Part shown: one piece after another, positions 1-9,696 of the stretch
How positions within the stretch are numbered: the stretch's first letter is position 1
How the letters are laid out: each line of letters starts with the position of its first letter
Virus record (IMG/VR): IMGVR_UViG_3300038412_000083
Location: 10,051 to 74,050 of that record
Length of the DNA stretch: 64,000 nucleotides
Source: a virus
Taxonomy: Duplodnaviria; Caudoviricetes
Strand: one strand, 5' to 3'
The notes under the pieces: model-generated
What the model saw: the letters and a program-made list of their open reading frames with translations, nothing else
Told to the model about the DNA's origin: nothing
Database searches by the model: none
Translations under genes and position numbers: made by a program

Positions 1-250
1 ACCACTTCCCATGCTTGTTAAGGCCGTAACGATCTTGTTCTCTGTAATACACAGAGGCATTAAAAATAAAGAGCATTGCAGCCATACAGAGCAGCATCCC
101 AAAGATGTAACTATGCACCATGTAAACGTAATTACTTATGCTTGAACGAAATAGATTAGCGTTATCAGCAAGTCGTAAAAATACAGGGATAAATAGGCAT
201 ATCCCGGCAATTACTCCCTGTAAAATGCTAAATGTTTTGCGTCCGTTCAT
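1..250 (-). CDS. Membrane protein, partial (runs off the left edge; not in the ORF track)
   Basis: Manual translation from ATG at 250: MNGRKTFSILQGVIAGICLFIPVFLRLADNANLFRSSISNYVYMVHSYIFGMLLCMAAMLFIFNASV..., open to base 1, two hydrophobic segments. Confidence 0.6.
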   Translation of the reverse strand, partial: MNGRKTFSILQGVIAGICLFIPVFLRLADNANLFRSSISNYVYMVHSYIFGMLLCMAAMLFIFNASVYYREQDRYGLNKHGKW

Positions 251-257
251 TGTTAAA

Positions 258-617
258 TTATGGTGCTTGTGTTGGGGCCTGTAATTGTAATAGTTGATTT
301 GTAAGCAACGATTCAAAAAGAGTAATGATACTATTTACAAAAGATTGAAGATCTGATGCAAGCTGTTGTTCAACGGAAATAAAAGCGGCTTCTGCAATTT
401 TGCCTTCGGCTGCTAATTTTAATTTCACTTCCTGCCAACTCATTGGATCTGTCGGGGCCAGTGCAGCCATTCCTATAGCTGTTAATGATGATTTTGCGTC
501 TGCTAAATATCCGGCTCCTGTAGTTAATAATTGTTTTGAATCCGTACCAATAGCGGTAACGACCTCACCCGCGAAAGTGGTGTAAATGTTGCTTATAATT
601 GTTTTTATGTCTGACAT
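258..617 (-). CDS. Hypothetical protein (late operon)
   Basis: 119-aa ORF, co-directional and tightly packed with its neighbours. Confidence 0.6.
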   Translation of the reverse strand: MSDIKTIISNIYTTFAGEVVTAIGTDSKQLLTTGAGYLADAKSSLTAIGMAALAPTDPMSWQEVKLKLAAEGKIAEAAFISVEQQLASDLQSFVNSIITLFESLLTNQLLQLQAPTQAP

Positions 618-635
618 AATTTTATTTTTTTTAGG

Positions 636-1061
636 TTATTTATAAGTTTTTTCTGTAGTGACAAGTATGTGCCCGATTTGTCTTAATAAGGCTCCATTGA
701 CGCTAATATGATTGGTTGAAATATTGCCGTCTTTTTTATGATCCTGCCTTGCTGATTCGACAATATCCAAATATGTTTTATCAATGGTTAAAATTTGAGT
801 AGGATATTTTCTTGTTGAATCAATGCTTATTTTAGTATTGATAATCGCTTCTGCATCATCATAAATTGTACTGTTAGCATCGTAACTTAAATTGGCGCCA
901 TTGGTAAAGCCTGTATAAAGCGCATTCATTGTACTATCAACAGACACGGCTGCCTGATAAGTAGCTGAATTGTAGTGTGGCGCGGATAGTTTTTTAAAAA
1001 GGCTGCAGCTCGTAAAAGCAAAAGCAATCACAAGTAAGAAGGAAAATTTTAATGGTTTCAT
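636..1061 (-). CDS. Lipoprotein (spanin candidate or surface lipoprotein)
   Basis: MKPLKFSFLLVIAFAFTS-C lipobox; lies next to holin-like genes. Confidence 0.6.
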   Translation of the reverse strand: MKPLKFSFLLVIAFAFTSCSLFKKLSAPHYNSATYQAAVSVDSTMNALYTGFTNGANLSYDANSTIYDDAEAIINTKISIDSTRKYPTQILTIDKTYLDIVESARQDHKKDGNISTNHISVNGALLRQIGHILVTTEKTYK

Positions 1062-1148
1062 TGGTTTAATTTTTAATGAATAATAAATAATAAGCTATCT
1101 CGAATATTACGAGCAGCCAAAAAGCTATTTTATAAAAGTCTATTTGCA

Positions 1149-1460
1149 TTATGAGTTTGCTTTTGTAAAGGGTAGCAAAGGTTTAATATCGCCATTCGGG
1201 TTTACCGAAATAGCACTATCATTTTTTACAGGTAATTTGGCAACAAAGAATCCAATAACTCCGGCCCACATTGCCGCCTTATTTGAAAAGGTAAAAATCC
1301 ATGCAGGAAAAGTAATTGGTAATTGCGCCTGATAACTTGCTAATAATTGTGGTAAGCCAGTAACGAAAGCCACCGCTGCGGATAACCATTGAATGATCTG
1401 AAAAAATGAAGGTGAAGGCAATTTTAATCGTGCCCAAACTTCCTGAAAGAACTTTTTCAT
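1149..1460 (-). CDS. Holin-like membrane protein
   Basis: 103 aa, two hydrophobic segments, basic N-terminus, at the distal end of the late operon. Confidence 0.55.
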   Translation of the reverse strand: MKKFFQEVWARLKLPSPSFFQIIQWLSAAVAFVTGLPQLLASYQAQLPITFPAWIFTFSNKAAMWAGVIGFFVAKLPVKNDSAISVNPNGDIKPLLPFTKANS

Positions 1461-1666
1461 AATTTATTTTTTTTGTTTCTTTGATGTTCGTGAAATTTTT
1501 CTACTATCTTAATGATATAGATAGAGGATGCTAATAAAGCACAAAAAATAGTCGCCAATGTAGCAACATAAGTGGCAAGCGTTTGCGAGTGCATAATCTG
1601 CAAAAAAATTGTCCCGAAAAAAGAAACACCTGCACCTGCGTTAGCTGTTTGTAAATCGTCTGTCAT
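1457..1666 (-). CDS. Small holin-like membrane protein
   Basis: 69 aa, two TM-like segments, highly basic C-terminus (HQRNKKNKL). Confidence 0.5.
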   Translation of the reverse strand: MTDDLQTANAGAGVSFFGTIFLQIMHSQTLATYVATLATIFCALLASSIYIIKIVEKFHEHQRNKKNKL

Positions 1667-1672
1667 TTCATT

Positions 1673-1768
1673 TTAAAATTTTACATTGAACATTTCATAA
1701 AAAATCATTGTCATTACAGCTAATATTATTAGCCATCCTACTACCGTAATTATTGTTTCTTCTTTCAT
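1673..1768 (-). CDS. 31-aa single-TM peptide (not in the ORF track)
   Basis: MKEETIITVVGWLIILAVMTMIFYEMFNVKF; ATGA overlap with the upstream stop. Confidence 0.45.
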   Translation of the reverse strand: MKEETIITVVGWLIILAVMTMIFYEMFNVKF

Positions 1769-1911
1769 TTTACAATTATTGAATCTGATCTATTCCCATC
1801 TTTGTCTACTGCTACTATTTTATAAATCTTTTTTACAGGCGGATTAACAACTGGTTTGCTCACTGTACACCCACAAACGAAAAATAGTACTATGATTGCA
1901 AGTTTTTTCAT
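1765..1911 (-). CDS. 48-aa lipoprotein (not in the ORF track)
   Basis: MKKLAIIVLFFVCG-CTVSKPVVNPPVKK...; lipobox, Pro-rich stretch, ATGA-coupled to both neighbours. Confidence 0.6.
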   Translation of the reverse strand: MKKLAIIVLFFVCGCTVSKPVVNPPVKKIYKIVAVDKDGNRSDSIIVK

Positions 1912-2216
1912 TGGTTAGACAAATGAAAATTATTCGTGGTGTCAAAAACAGGATTTAAAACATTTTTATCGTATCCGGAAGAAGAATCAATAACGAATGG
2001 TGTATAAATTCCACCATGATAAATCGGCGAAATACTACCTTTCCAAATAAAACCTTCATCTTTTTTTACTTCTTCCAAAGTGGTTACTACCTTATAAACC
2101 TTTTCACCAATTTTGATGAACTTCACTTTTCCTATAGGAATAGTAAGAGTGTCACTTTTTTGCGCTGTGGCTGAAAGTGAAAAAAGAACGATTGCGATTG
2201 TTAATAGTTTTTTCAT
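1908..2216 (-). CDS. Secreted hypothetical protein
   Basis: MKKLLTIAIVLFSLSATA-Q Sec signal peptide. Confidence 0.6.
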   Translation of the reverse strand: MKKLLTIAIVLFSLSATAQKSDTLTIPIGKVKFIKIGEKVYKVVTTLEEVKKDEGFIWKGSISPIYHGGIYTPFVIDSSSGYDKNVLNPVFDTTNNFHLSNQ

Positions 2217-2644
2217 AATTTAATTTTATAAGTTTGATTCCCCGTTGCTTTTACCCTATTAATTTCTGAAAAATGAATCCCGTCGGTACTTTCGATGATA
2301 GAATAGTAATCCAAATTATCTTCATTTTCACTTGTCCAGTTAAGCACTCCATTTTGTATAAAAACATTGATCATTTTTACAGGTGTCACCGAAGTAACAA
2401 GGATTGTTTTGCTCACCACATTATCTGCTTTTACTCTGAAATAGCCTCCTGAAATATTTGGAGCTTTGTAAACAAAAGCTGTGTCAGTTATTTTTCCTCT
2501 TACAGTTCCTATTGTTATCCAATTAATACCGTCATAGCTTTGTTGGAATTGGTATAAAGTGTGATTGTAGCTGTTCCAATAAGCTGAATCCTGAGCACTT
2601 ACCTTTAAAGAGAAAAGAATTAATATGGTAAGTAAAATCTTCAC
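2213..2644 (-). CDS. Secreted protein with a duplicated Ig-like module typical of Bacteroidota T9SS substrates
   Basis: Signal peptide (...SLKVSA-Q); motifs QQSYDGINWITIGTV and TPVKMINVF...LNWTSENEDNLDYYSIIESTDGIHFSEINRVKA. Confidence 0.55.
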   Translation of the reverse strand: MKILLTILILFSLKVSAQDSAYWNSYNHTLYQFQQSYDGINWITIGTVRGKITDTAFVYKAPNISGGYFRVKADNVVSKTILVTSVTPVKMINVFIQNGVLNWTSENEDNLDYYSIIESTDGIHFSEINRVKATGNQTYKIKL

Positions 2645-3792
2645 TGAAAAATAATATTGTTATGGATGATACGAACATTAGAAAAGGGAGGTGAACTAAC
2701 ATTTACCGTTACTTCTCCGTAAACCGTTTGTCCATCATCCTGTGTAAGTGTATTTCTAAAAACATAAATTCCTGTCGTTAATCCTGTTACTGTGGTACTT
2801 GCAGAAGTTGATGAAGTTATTGTTGCAGCAGGCCCGCTTGTTTTCGTCCACGCATAAGTACCTGAATGACCGGCGGCCCATATAGCTGTTGAATAAATAC
2901 TTGTTGAACTTGTACTGATAGCCTGATTGCCCGACATTGAAACAGTAGGGGCATCCGCTATATCTGAAACGTCTTGATAAACTTTATAGCTTTGGGTTAC
3001 CAAAGAAAATCTTCTACCCCTTGTTGTACTATCTACATTAACCATTGCACTATTCCAATCATACAACCCTCCGAACTTCACATAATCGTCAAAGTGCCCT
3101 ACTTGTCCTGTATCACGCCTATATTTTGTAACCCCATCAACTTGCAAATGAAAGAATGCTGTTTGGCCTGTATAGCCTTTACCTTCTCTGAGTGTTACCC
3201 TTACTGTATGTGGTATATTATACCAACCAGATAAAGTTCCAATTGTGGTATTAGCCGTAACAAGTGTTCCACCCCCTACATCATGTACATCACCGCTTAT
3301 TAAATTGCTGCTTGTATCAAGATCAATTCCCCACACTGTTGCAACCTGAGTAAGACTATGAATCTGCATAGCCACTAAAATTTGATACCAACTTGTTAGA
3401 TAATTATAATTTTGTGGAAAATAACCTTTCCATTCAAGCGTGTAAGTATGGGAAGTATCAATAGTGAAACTATATTGCGAAAGTGTCATTTCTGAACGTG
3501 GGTAGCCAGACCCAACAGGTGTACCATCTTTAATTGTACTCCATAATGCACCACTTTTGATCTGCTCACCAAAACCTGCATTTCTTCCTACATACCAATT
3601 AACGCTTGCAGCATCGTAAAATTCACCATAAGGAGTAGTATTTTCGGCATAAAATAAAGTAGTATCTGCACCATTTATTGATGTTAGCGCATTAGCATCT
3701 GCCATATTGAAATTATACAACAAAGTGCTGCTCGTAGGCATCTGAGCCTTTACAATAAGTGGGAAAAGAAATAATATGATTAGTTTTTTCAT
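2641..3792 (-). CDS. Secreted polysaccharide-lyase-like protein with a C-terminal PKD-like domain
   Basis: Signal peptide (...LIVKA-Q); RSEM / MQIH / YVKFGGLY motifs as in jelly-roll polysaccharide lyases; YAWTKTSGPAATITSS...GLTTGIYVFR PKD-type repeat. Confidence 0.55.
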   Translation of the reverse strand: MKKLIILFLFPLIVKAQMPTSSTLLYNFNMADANALTSINGADTTLFYAENTTPYGEFYDAASVNWYVGRNAGFGEQIKSGALWSTIKDGTPVGSGYPRSEMTLSQYSFTIDTSHTYTLEWKGYFPQNYNYLTSWYQILVAMQIHSLTQVATVWGIDLDTSSNLISGDVHDVGGGTLVTANTTIGTLSGWYNIPHTVRVTLREGKGYTGQTAFFHLQVDGVTKYRRDTGQVGHFDDYVKFGGLYDWNSAMVNVDSTTRGRRFSLVTQSYKVYQDVSDIADAPTVSMSGNQAISTSSTSIYSTAIWAAGHSGTYAWTKTSGPAATITSSTSASTTVTGLTTGIYVFRNTLTQDDGQTVYGEVTVNVSSPPFSNVRIIHNNIIFQ

Positions 3793-6700
3793 TAATTATG
3801 GTTTTTCGTTCCTATTAAAGTGACAGATAAATAAGTTGGCTTTGTTGTGATTGAAGTCAGTTGACACCACACCCAATTACCAGGCGGTATCTTCGCATTA
3901 TCAAAACTTGTTACCGTTGTTCCTGTGTAAATATCTGTTGCTGCACTTCCAGCATTTACCAATTTAGTTGCCCCTGCTGTCACTCCCAAAGAATCATTAA
4001 AGTAAATTGTAACTGTCACAGAAGGAGAAGTTCCCTGCAATCCAATCTTCATTTTAGTAATATTCAAAGTGTCGGTACCTGAATTGTACATAGAACCATA
4101 GATAGCACTTGTGCTCGCTGCAATCGTATCTGCGGCCAGTCCTGAACCGTAACCGAAGGAAAGGAGTGGGATTGTGTCTCTACGCTCTACAATATTTCCT
4201 GTTGAAGTTACTGAGAGATCATAAGCTGGTGTGCTTTGGAAGTTACCTTGTCCGTATTGATTTAATTGTATTTTGCCGTCATTATTGAACACTACTTTAT
4301 CGTGAACTACACCGTTAATATCTGAAGTGTCTTTTGTGCCAAAATGGATAGACGCTCCACTTGAACCTGCTGATATTTTGTCGGCAATAAAAGAGATATT
4401 TGCCTCTTCTGATGAAGAACCGGAACTTGTTGGTAATCCAGCTTTTATAGAATATCCCTGACCTGCTACTGTAGAAGTTGAAAAACCATTTAAGGAAACC
4501 ATCGGAGAAATAGTGCCGGATATATCTGTCCTTTCAGCATAGAAAGGTGCTCCAGTAGATGTACTTGAATAAACCCCCAAACCTGTTGTATTTACGGCTT
4601 TTATTGCCTGTGTTGCAGTCGAATAATTTGAATAAATACCATTATCTGTGAAACTTATCTTATTTGTTCCAGCACCCATTATGTACAACTCTTTACTGTT
4701 TAATGTCAATGAGTCTGTTTTTGTCAGATTTCCACCTAACTCAACATCATTTCCAGTTTTTGTTAAACCATTTGAAGCGGATAAAATACTTAACGCATGA
4801 ACACTATCCACATATTTTTTATCAGGAACAGTAAGGCTGTCTGCTGTAGTCATTGTGGGATTGGTGGTGTATTTAGCCTTACCAATTACTGAAATGCCAG
4901 AACTGTCAACCTGTAATTCCTTTATTCCTTTAGATATTAATTGTATAGGTTTAGCACTATATAGCACACTCGCGTAAGCAGATGAACCTGAGTAAAATCC
5001 TCCCGCAGTACTACCTTCTTGTCCAAGATAAAATGAACCACCTGCATTATTAAACTTATTGTATGTATAGCTGGTTCCTGAATATGTTTGATTAAGAAAG
5101 ATATTTGAAGATGAGGTTATTGTCCCTGATAAATTAAGTGTTGTTCCCGTAAGTGTTGTTCCCGTAAGTGTTGTTCCCGTAATTGTTGTTCCCGTAATTG
5201 CAGATGTTGAAATTAATGGATTATAAAAATAAATTCCCGCATCATTAATTTTAGCCCTCATTACTGAATCCGTATAAAAAGTCATATTTCCCCCCCACGT
5301 AGTATTCCTACCAACATTAAATTGTAATTCTGCTACATTAGGTTGCATTTTTATAAAAGATTCCGGTGTTGTATAGTTGTAAAATATAATCCCATATTTA
5401 TTGCTGTTAGAAGTGGTTGAGAAACTTAATACAGGTGCAGAAGATGTTAGTTCTAACATACTTTTGGGTGTTCCTGTACCTCCCAGCTTCATAGAATCAG
5501 TAGATGAATTACCCTTATCCATCACGCTTTGTAAGCTCGGTATTGATGATTTTGAATCATATAAATTCCCCTTATTATTATGCCCAGCAAAAGCCTGAGC
5601 AATTATATTCCCCAGAACTATACTTCCATAATAATTTGGGTGCAACCCATCTGATGTAAGAGTGGGGATTGTTTGTAAATTAAAGTTTGCAAGAGCGTGT
5701 AAGTCAATACACTGTACACCATAATTAGCGCATATTTGAGAAATCAACACTTCCAAATCTGTGAGTGTCCACCCGGCTGAATTAGTTGCATGATAAAGCA
5801 CCCCTGCGCCGTTAGCTTCAGGCGGAGTCATTACATATAATTCAATATTCGGATTAGCGGATAAAATGGATTCTATCATGTGTTTTAAATACCCTGCGCA
5901 AGTCGTTCTATTTGATGAGTCATTTACAGTACCCAAAGAATCGCTCGCTGCAAAATCATTTACGCCTAATAAAATACTTGCTATATTGAAGGAATTAAAA
6001 TAGGTTGGATTGGCTGATAAAATTGAATCTAATTTTGCAGATTGTTGATAAAACCTATTACCAGAAACGCCGTTTGTTACTGTTCCTGTAAGATGAAGCA
6101 ACGTATCAACCCTTCCGTAATAATGATTGGATGTAGCAGAAAAACTATCCCCAAATATTACCCATTTCTTCCAATATGGATTCCTGTTTTGATTAAGTGT
6201 ATCTGTAATATTTGCCTTCAATCCATTTTGATAAAGCGTTGTCCAACCTGTTGTTGAGTTGGTGGAATCTACTTTACGTAAATACGGACTAAGCATTGAT
6301 GCTGTGTCTGAGATGTTTAGTTTTGTTATATCGTTTAAGTGACCTTTTTTTACAGTGTCTTTATCCATCCATACTACACTATTTATGTCAGCATTTGCAC
6401 TATCTACCTTTTTTAATGTGAAATCGCCATTGGTTTCAAATGCTCCCATTTCACTGTAAGGGTGTAATCCATATTGTGATCCATAAGGATAAGCTACTGA
6501 ACCTTTACTAAATACTATTCTGCCTGAATTACTTGAAAATTCCATACCCCCTGAACCATTGGTACTAATTATTGCACCATCTGTTTTAAGATCATTAGTA
6601 GTACTTCCCATCATTAATTTTAACCAATGCCCTGTCCATTCATCTGATGGATTATCGGCTACATTATTCTTAAATACAAAGCCTGTTGCTGCCCAATTTA

Positions 6701-7430
6701 AAGAATCACTATTTTTTTCATACAAATAATTATTTCTATTAAATTCACTTGTAATTTTTAAAGCGGTTTGCGTACTATTACTGTTTATGAATATTGGATT
6801 AGTAGTAGAGTTACCTGCGTTTGTTACTTTCTGTAAATTTGGTATTGCCCCAATAGAATCTGCCACAGGTGGCGCAATCTGATTACCATAAACATCTACG
6901 ATAGTTATTACAATAGAATTTGCAGGCAATGAAGGAACTAAAGCCCTTGCTGTATCTTCTGTACCTACTAATTTATAAAGCAATCCGCTGGTGTCAGCGT
7001 AGATCAAATCACGTCTATAATATCCGCTATCTGCTGAATTAATTATAAAAGATGAAGGTGTAACTTTCGTGTATATAACTCCGTTATAACTCCATTTTAT
7101 AGTATCGTTGATCGTTAAGGTAGAATCTACTAAGGTTATACCTCCTGTAGACATAAGACCGTTGTTTATGGCACTCGCAGCGTTTATTAATTTTGAAAGA
7201 GAATCCCATCTTGAACCCCTCCAAATATAAACTTCATTATTTTTTATTGATAGGCCCCTGTCAGTACTTAATAACTGAATAGTATCTTTTGGGAACAACA
7301 TAGCACTGTCAACTGAGAGTTCTCCATTAAGTTTTACAATGTTGTTCTTATTCCCTATTGTTTGCACCGGCTTCTGAGCCATAGCAGCACAACTTAAAAT
7401 CGTAAAAAGTATGGTTAATATTTTTCTCAT
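3792..7430 (-). CDS. Fibre/spike-like protein with an SGNH (GDSL) esterase domain and an N-terminal signal peptide
   Basis: SGNH blocks FGDSFS, GVSG, LGVND, DGLHP; TGTT(L/I) shaft repeats; MRKILTILFTILSCAAMA-Q signal. Confidence 0.7.
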   Translation of the reverse strand: MRKILTILFTILSCAAMAQKPVQTIGNKNNIVKLNGELSVDSAMLFPKDTIQLLSTDRGLSIKNNEVYIWRGSRWDSLSKLINAASAINNGLMSTGGITLVDSTLTINDTIKWSYNGVIYTKVTPSSFIINSADSGYYRRDLIYADTSGLLYKLVGTEDTARALVPSLPANSIVITIVDVYGNQIAPPVADSIGAIPNLQKVTNAGNSTTNPIFINSNSTQTALKITSEFNRNNYLYEKNSDSLNWAATGFVFKNNVADNPSDEWTGHWLKLMMGSTTNDLKTDGAIISTNGSGGMEFSSNSGRIVFSKGSVAYPYGSQYGLHPYSEMGAFETNGDFTLKKVDSANADINSVVWMDKDTVKKGHLNDITKLNISDTASMLSPYLRKVDSTNSTTGWTTLYQNGLKANITDTLNQNRNPYWKKWVIFGDSFSATSNHYYGRVDTLLHLTGTVTNGVSGNRFYQQSAKLDSILSANPTYFNSFNIASILLGVNDFAASDSLGTVNDSSNRTTCAGYLKHMIESILSANPNIELYVMTPPEANGAGVLYHATNSAGWTLTDLEVLISQICANYGVQCIDLHALANFNLQTIPTLTSDGLHPNYYGSIVLGNIIAQAFAGHNNKGNLYDSKSSIPSLQSVMDKGNSSTDSMKLGGTGTPKSMLELTSSAPVLSFSTTSNSNKYGIIFYNYTTPESFIKMQPNVAELQFNVGRNTTWGGNMTFYTDSVMRAKINDAGIYFYNPLISTSAITGTTITGTTLTGTTLTGTTLNLSGTITSSSNIFLNQTYSGTSYTYNKFNNAGGSFYLGQEGSTAGGFYSGSSAYASVLYSAKPIQLISKGIKELQVDSSGISVIGKAKYTTNPTMTTADSLTVPDKKYVDSVHALSILSASNGLTKTGNDVELGGNLTKTDSLTLNSKELYIMGAGTNKISFTDNGIYSNYSTATQAIKAVNTTGLGVYSSTSTGAPFYAERTDISGTISPMVSLNGFSTSTVAGQGYSIKAGLPTSSGSSSEEANISFIADKISAGSSGASIHFGTKDTSDINGVVHDKVVFNNDGKIQLNQYGQGNFQSTPAYDLSVTSTGNIVERRDTIPLLSFGYGSGLAADTIAASTSAIYGSMYNSGTDTLNITKMKIGLQGTSPSVTVTIYFNDSLGVTAGATKLVNAGSAATDIYTGTTVTSFDNAKIPPGNWVWCQLTSITTKPTYLSVTLIGTKNHN
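5136..5195 (-). repeat. 4 x 15-bp tandem repeat encoding TGTT(I/L) in the fibre shaft
   Basis: aa(g/t)tgttgttcccgt x4 on the plus strand. Confidence 0.85.
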
Positions 7431-8602
7431 ATCGTATTTATGGATATTAATTCTGAATCTTGAATTGGAGTTGAGAATGTTATAGTATTGCTTAAATAAG
7501 TCTTTGTTAAAAATTCTCCGCCGTCCAAAGGATCAATACCAGGAACTTTTATACCACCCCTGTAAACATTCACGTATTTGTTTGCAATAAGACTATTCAC
7601 GAAGGTTGTAGCTCCAACTACTATACCTGCAGAGATTGCTGCTGAAGTGCCAGCTACTACTTCAAGCACATAAGGAACTACCGGAGCCGGAGTGCTACCG
7701 CAATCATAAACATAAGCCGATATAGGAGCGTTTGTATGTGTTCTGCTAAGGGTTACGTTATTATTTAAGATGTCAATTATTTCCTGTATGTAAGTATCAA
7801 CACCACCGCTATCAGAAGCGCATATTCTTTTTTGAGCATGAGCGTACAATGTGTAAGCATACTCATAATCTGCTTTTGCGTTATCGTATTTTTGACAACT
7901 ATTAATCAAAGCATCAAGCCTTGTTTTTAACGTTGTCATATCGGTAAGTAACTGAGCAGAAGTAGGGGGTGTATAAACGTCCACGTTAAATACACTTTCT
8001 AAGTAGTCAACGATGCTTAAATAGCTGTAACTTGTTGACTGATAGGTTATGGTTGCTGTAAAGGTTATAGCATAAGCAGAATCATAATAAGAACCCGCAT
8101 ATTTAAGATCAAAAGATGCTGAATTGGTGCCCGTAATTGTCGCCGCCGACATTACCGCTTGCCATGTACGTACTACCGTTTGCGTGAAACTTCCGGCAGT
8201 GTAAACTGTACTATCATCATAACTTAAAGCCGGAGTAAATACATCAAAATTCTTAGTAAGAACAACTGTTGGTTTTGTATATCCTATCGTGAATGATCGT
8301 GATAACAATGTAGGTACATATCCATCCGCGGAAACTTCATACTTAATGGTGTATTCTCCCTGCTGTAGAAGATTTGCCGAAGTCAATCTAAGGGCTATTG
8401 AAGCAATTAAAGTACCACCTGAGATGTCCGGGGATGTAAACGTTCCCGTCCTTGTTATTCCATCCGGCTGAGTTATAGTAAAAATCCCTGTAGGAACTAC
8501 ACCAACCGGGTAAACAGAGTTATCAGTCAGCTTAAATACAGGGGCAGAGATATTTGTAACATCTGCCTGTACTAAAAATGAAATATAACTTGATAAATCC
8601 AT
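7427..8602 (-). CDS. Putative virion structural protein (collar or fibre-attachment type)
   Basis: 391 aa, T/S/Y-rich beta composition, first gene after a late promoter and upstream of the fibre gene. Confidence 0.5.
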   Translation of the reverse strand: MDLSSYISFLVQADVTNISAPVFKLTDNSVYPVGVVPTGIFTITQPDGITRTGTFTSPDISGGTLIASIALRLTSANLLQQGEYTIKYEVSADGYVPTLLSRSFTIGYTKPTVVLTKNFDVFTPALSYDDSTVYTAGSFTQTVVRTWQAVMSAATITGTNSASFDLKYAGSYYDSAYAITFTATITYQSTSYSYLSIVDYLESVFNVDVYTPPTSAQLLTDMTTLKTRLDALINSCQKYDNAKADYEYAYTLYAHAQKRICASDSGGVDTYIQEIIDILNNNVTLSRTHTNAPISAYVYDCGSTPAPVVPYVLEVVAGTSAAISAGIVVGATTFVNSLIANKYVNVYRGGIKVPGIDPLDGGEFLTKTYLSNTITFSTPIQDSELISINTI

Positions 8603-8617
8603 GTATTTAGATTAAAA

Positions 8618-8671
8618 CAAAGTTAGACGGTTAGGTACATGGTGTACCCTAAAATACGGGGAGAAATATTT
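8618..8671 (-). promoter_or_regulatory. Tripartite late promoter, copy 1
   Basis: Minus strand: AAATATTTCTCCCC (8671-8658), 9 nt, GGTACACCATGTACC (8648-8634), 8 nt, TAACTTTG (8625-8618). Confidence 0.85.
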
Positions 8672-8721
8672 AAAAAACCGCCTTTCGGACTATCGTGCGA
8701 AACGAATGTGATCAGACGGCT
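8672..8721 (-). terminator. Rho-independent terminator with a large structured loop
   Basis: AGCCGTCT...AGGCGGTT stem followed by a T run on the minus strand, after the 295-aa gene. Confidence 0.55.
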
Positions 8722-8742
8722 ACCCTTATCAACTAAACGAGA

Positions 8743-9630
8743 TTACTCTTGTACAGAGGATTTGAGCTGTGCCTTTATATTTTTGATAACTACTTTCCCT
8801 TGAGCAGAAGTCTTTAACCATTCTGCAAGCTGGTCTATGGTGTCCACGCTTTCTTTTCTATCGAATGATCGTATAACTTCATTGGTCTGTGTGAAATTGT
8901 ATTTGTTTTCTAATGGACTAAAAGTGATAACATTATCTGCAATCGCTTCATTTATGAGTGACCTTAATGCTAAGTCATTTTTATTCCCTACAATTTTCTT
9001 AAACCCTGCTGGATCTTTAAGAACAAGCTCCTTTAAGCGTGTAGTGATAATTTCTTCGCTTGAATTTCTATCCCATCCATAGGCCCCGGCGACTTCCATC
9101 TTTTCTGATTTGGATAAGTCCCTTACAAACACGAGCATTTCGGTAAGAAGGTCGTACTGGCGGCTCTTTTCTTTACTTTCTTTTTCAGCGTCAATAAGTT
9201 TGAATTTCGCTTTTTTGTTTTTGTCCCTGTGTGGATTGCTTTCGTTCTCATTACAGATAAGCATATACTCATACCACTTTTCCTGCTCTATATTACCGCC
9301 TACGATAGTTATAAATCCATTGGTATTTTTTGGCATTATTGTCCATTGGTCGCATATAGCCTTCCCTTTTTCATCAATTTCTGTTACTACACCGATTTCT
9401 ACTATCTTCCCAGTGTAAGGGTCTTTAATATTATCATGCCCTCTAATCTCGTCCACCATTTTCCAGATGATTTCTTTCCCTTCCTTCCTTCTTTCATCCG
9501 GGTCAGGATTTAGAATACCATCGAGTAATTTGAATTGTACTACCTGTCCATCAGATAATATTTTTTTATCGAGTTCAGCCTGATATTTTTCTGAGATTTT
9601 GTTAATGCCTGAGTTGTCAAACGTTTGCAT
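8743..9630 (-). CDS. Hypothetical capsid-operon protein
   Basis: 295 aa, immediately downstream of the major capsid gene. Confidence 0.55.
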   Translation of the reverse strand: MQTFDNSGINKISEKYQAELDKKILSDGQVVQFKLLDGILNPDPDERRKEGKEIIWKMVDEIRGHDNIKDPYTGKIVEIGVVTEIDEKGKAICDQWTIMPKNTNGFITIVGGNIEQEKWYEYMLICNENESNPHRDKNKKAKFKLIDAEKESKEKSRQYDLLTEMLVFVRDLSKSEKMEVAGAYGWDRNSSEEIITTRLKELVLKDPAGFKKIVGNKNDLALRSLINEAIADNVITFSPLENKYNFTQTNEVIRSFDRKESVDTIDQLAEWLKTSAQGKVVIKNIKAQLKSSVQE

Positions 9631-9656
9631 AAAATTTTTGTTTAGTTAATAAAAGA

Positions 9657-9691
9657 TATAAAGAAAAGAAGGCGAGTTGCCCCGCCTTCTT
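9657..9691 (-). terminator. Rho-independent terminator after the major capsid gene
   Basis: AAGAAGGCG-N8-CGCCTTCTT, then TTCTTT on the minus strand. Confidence 0.8.
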
Positions 9692-9696
9692 ATTAA

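Noticed and set aside
258-1911. Endolysin in the lysis region
   Set aside because: No ORF with a recognisable muralytic motif; it may lie outside the window. Holin and spanin calls rest on topology and position only.
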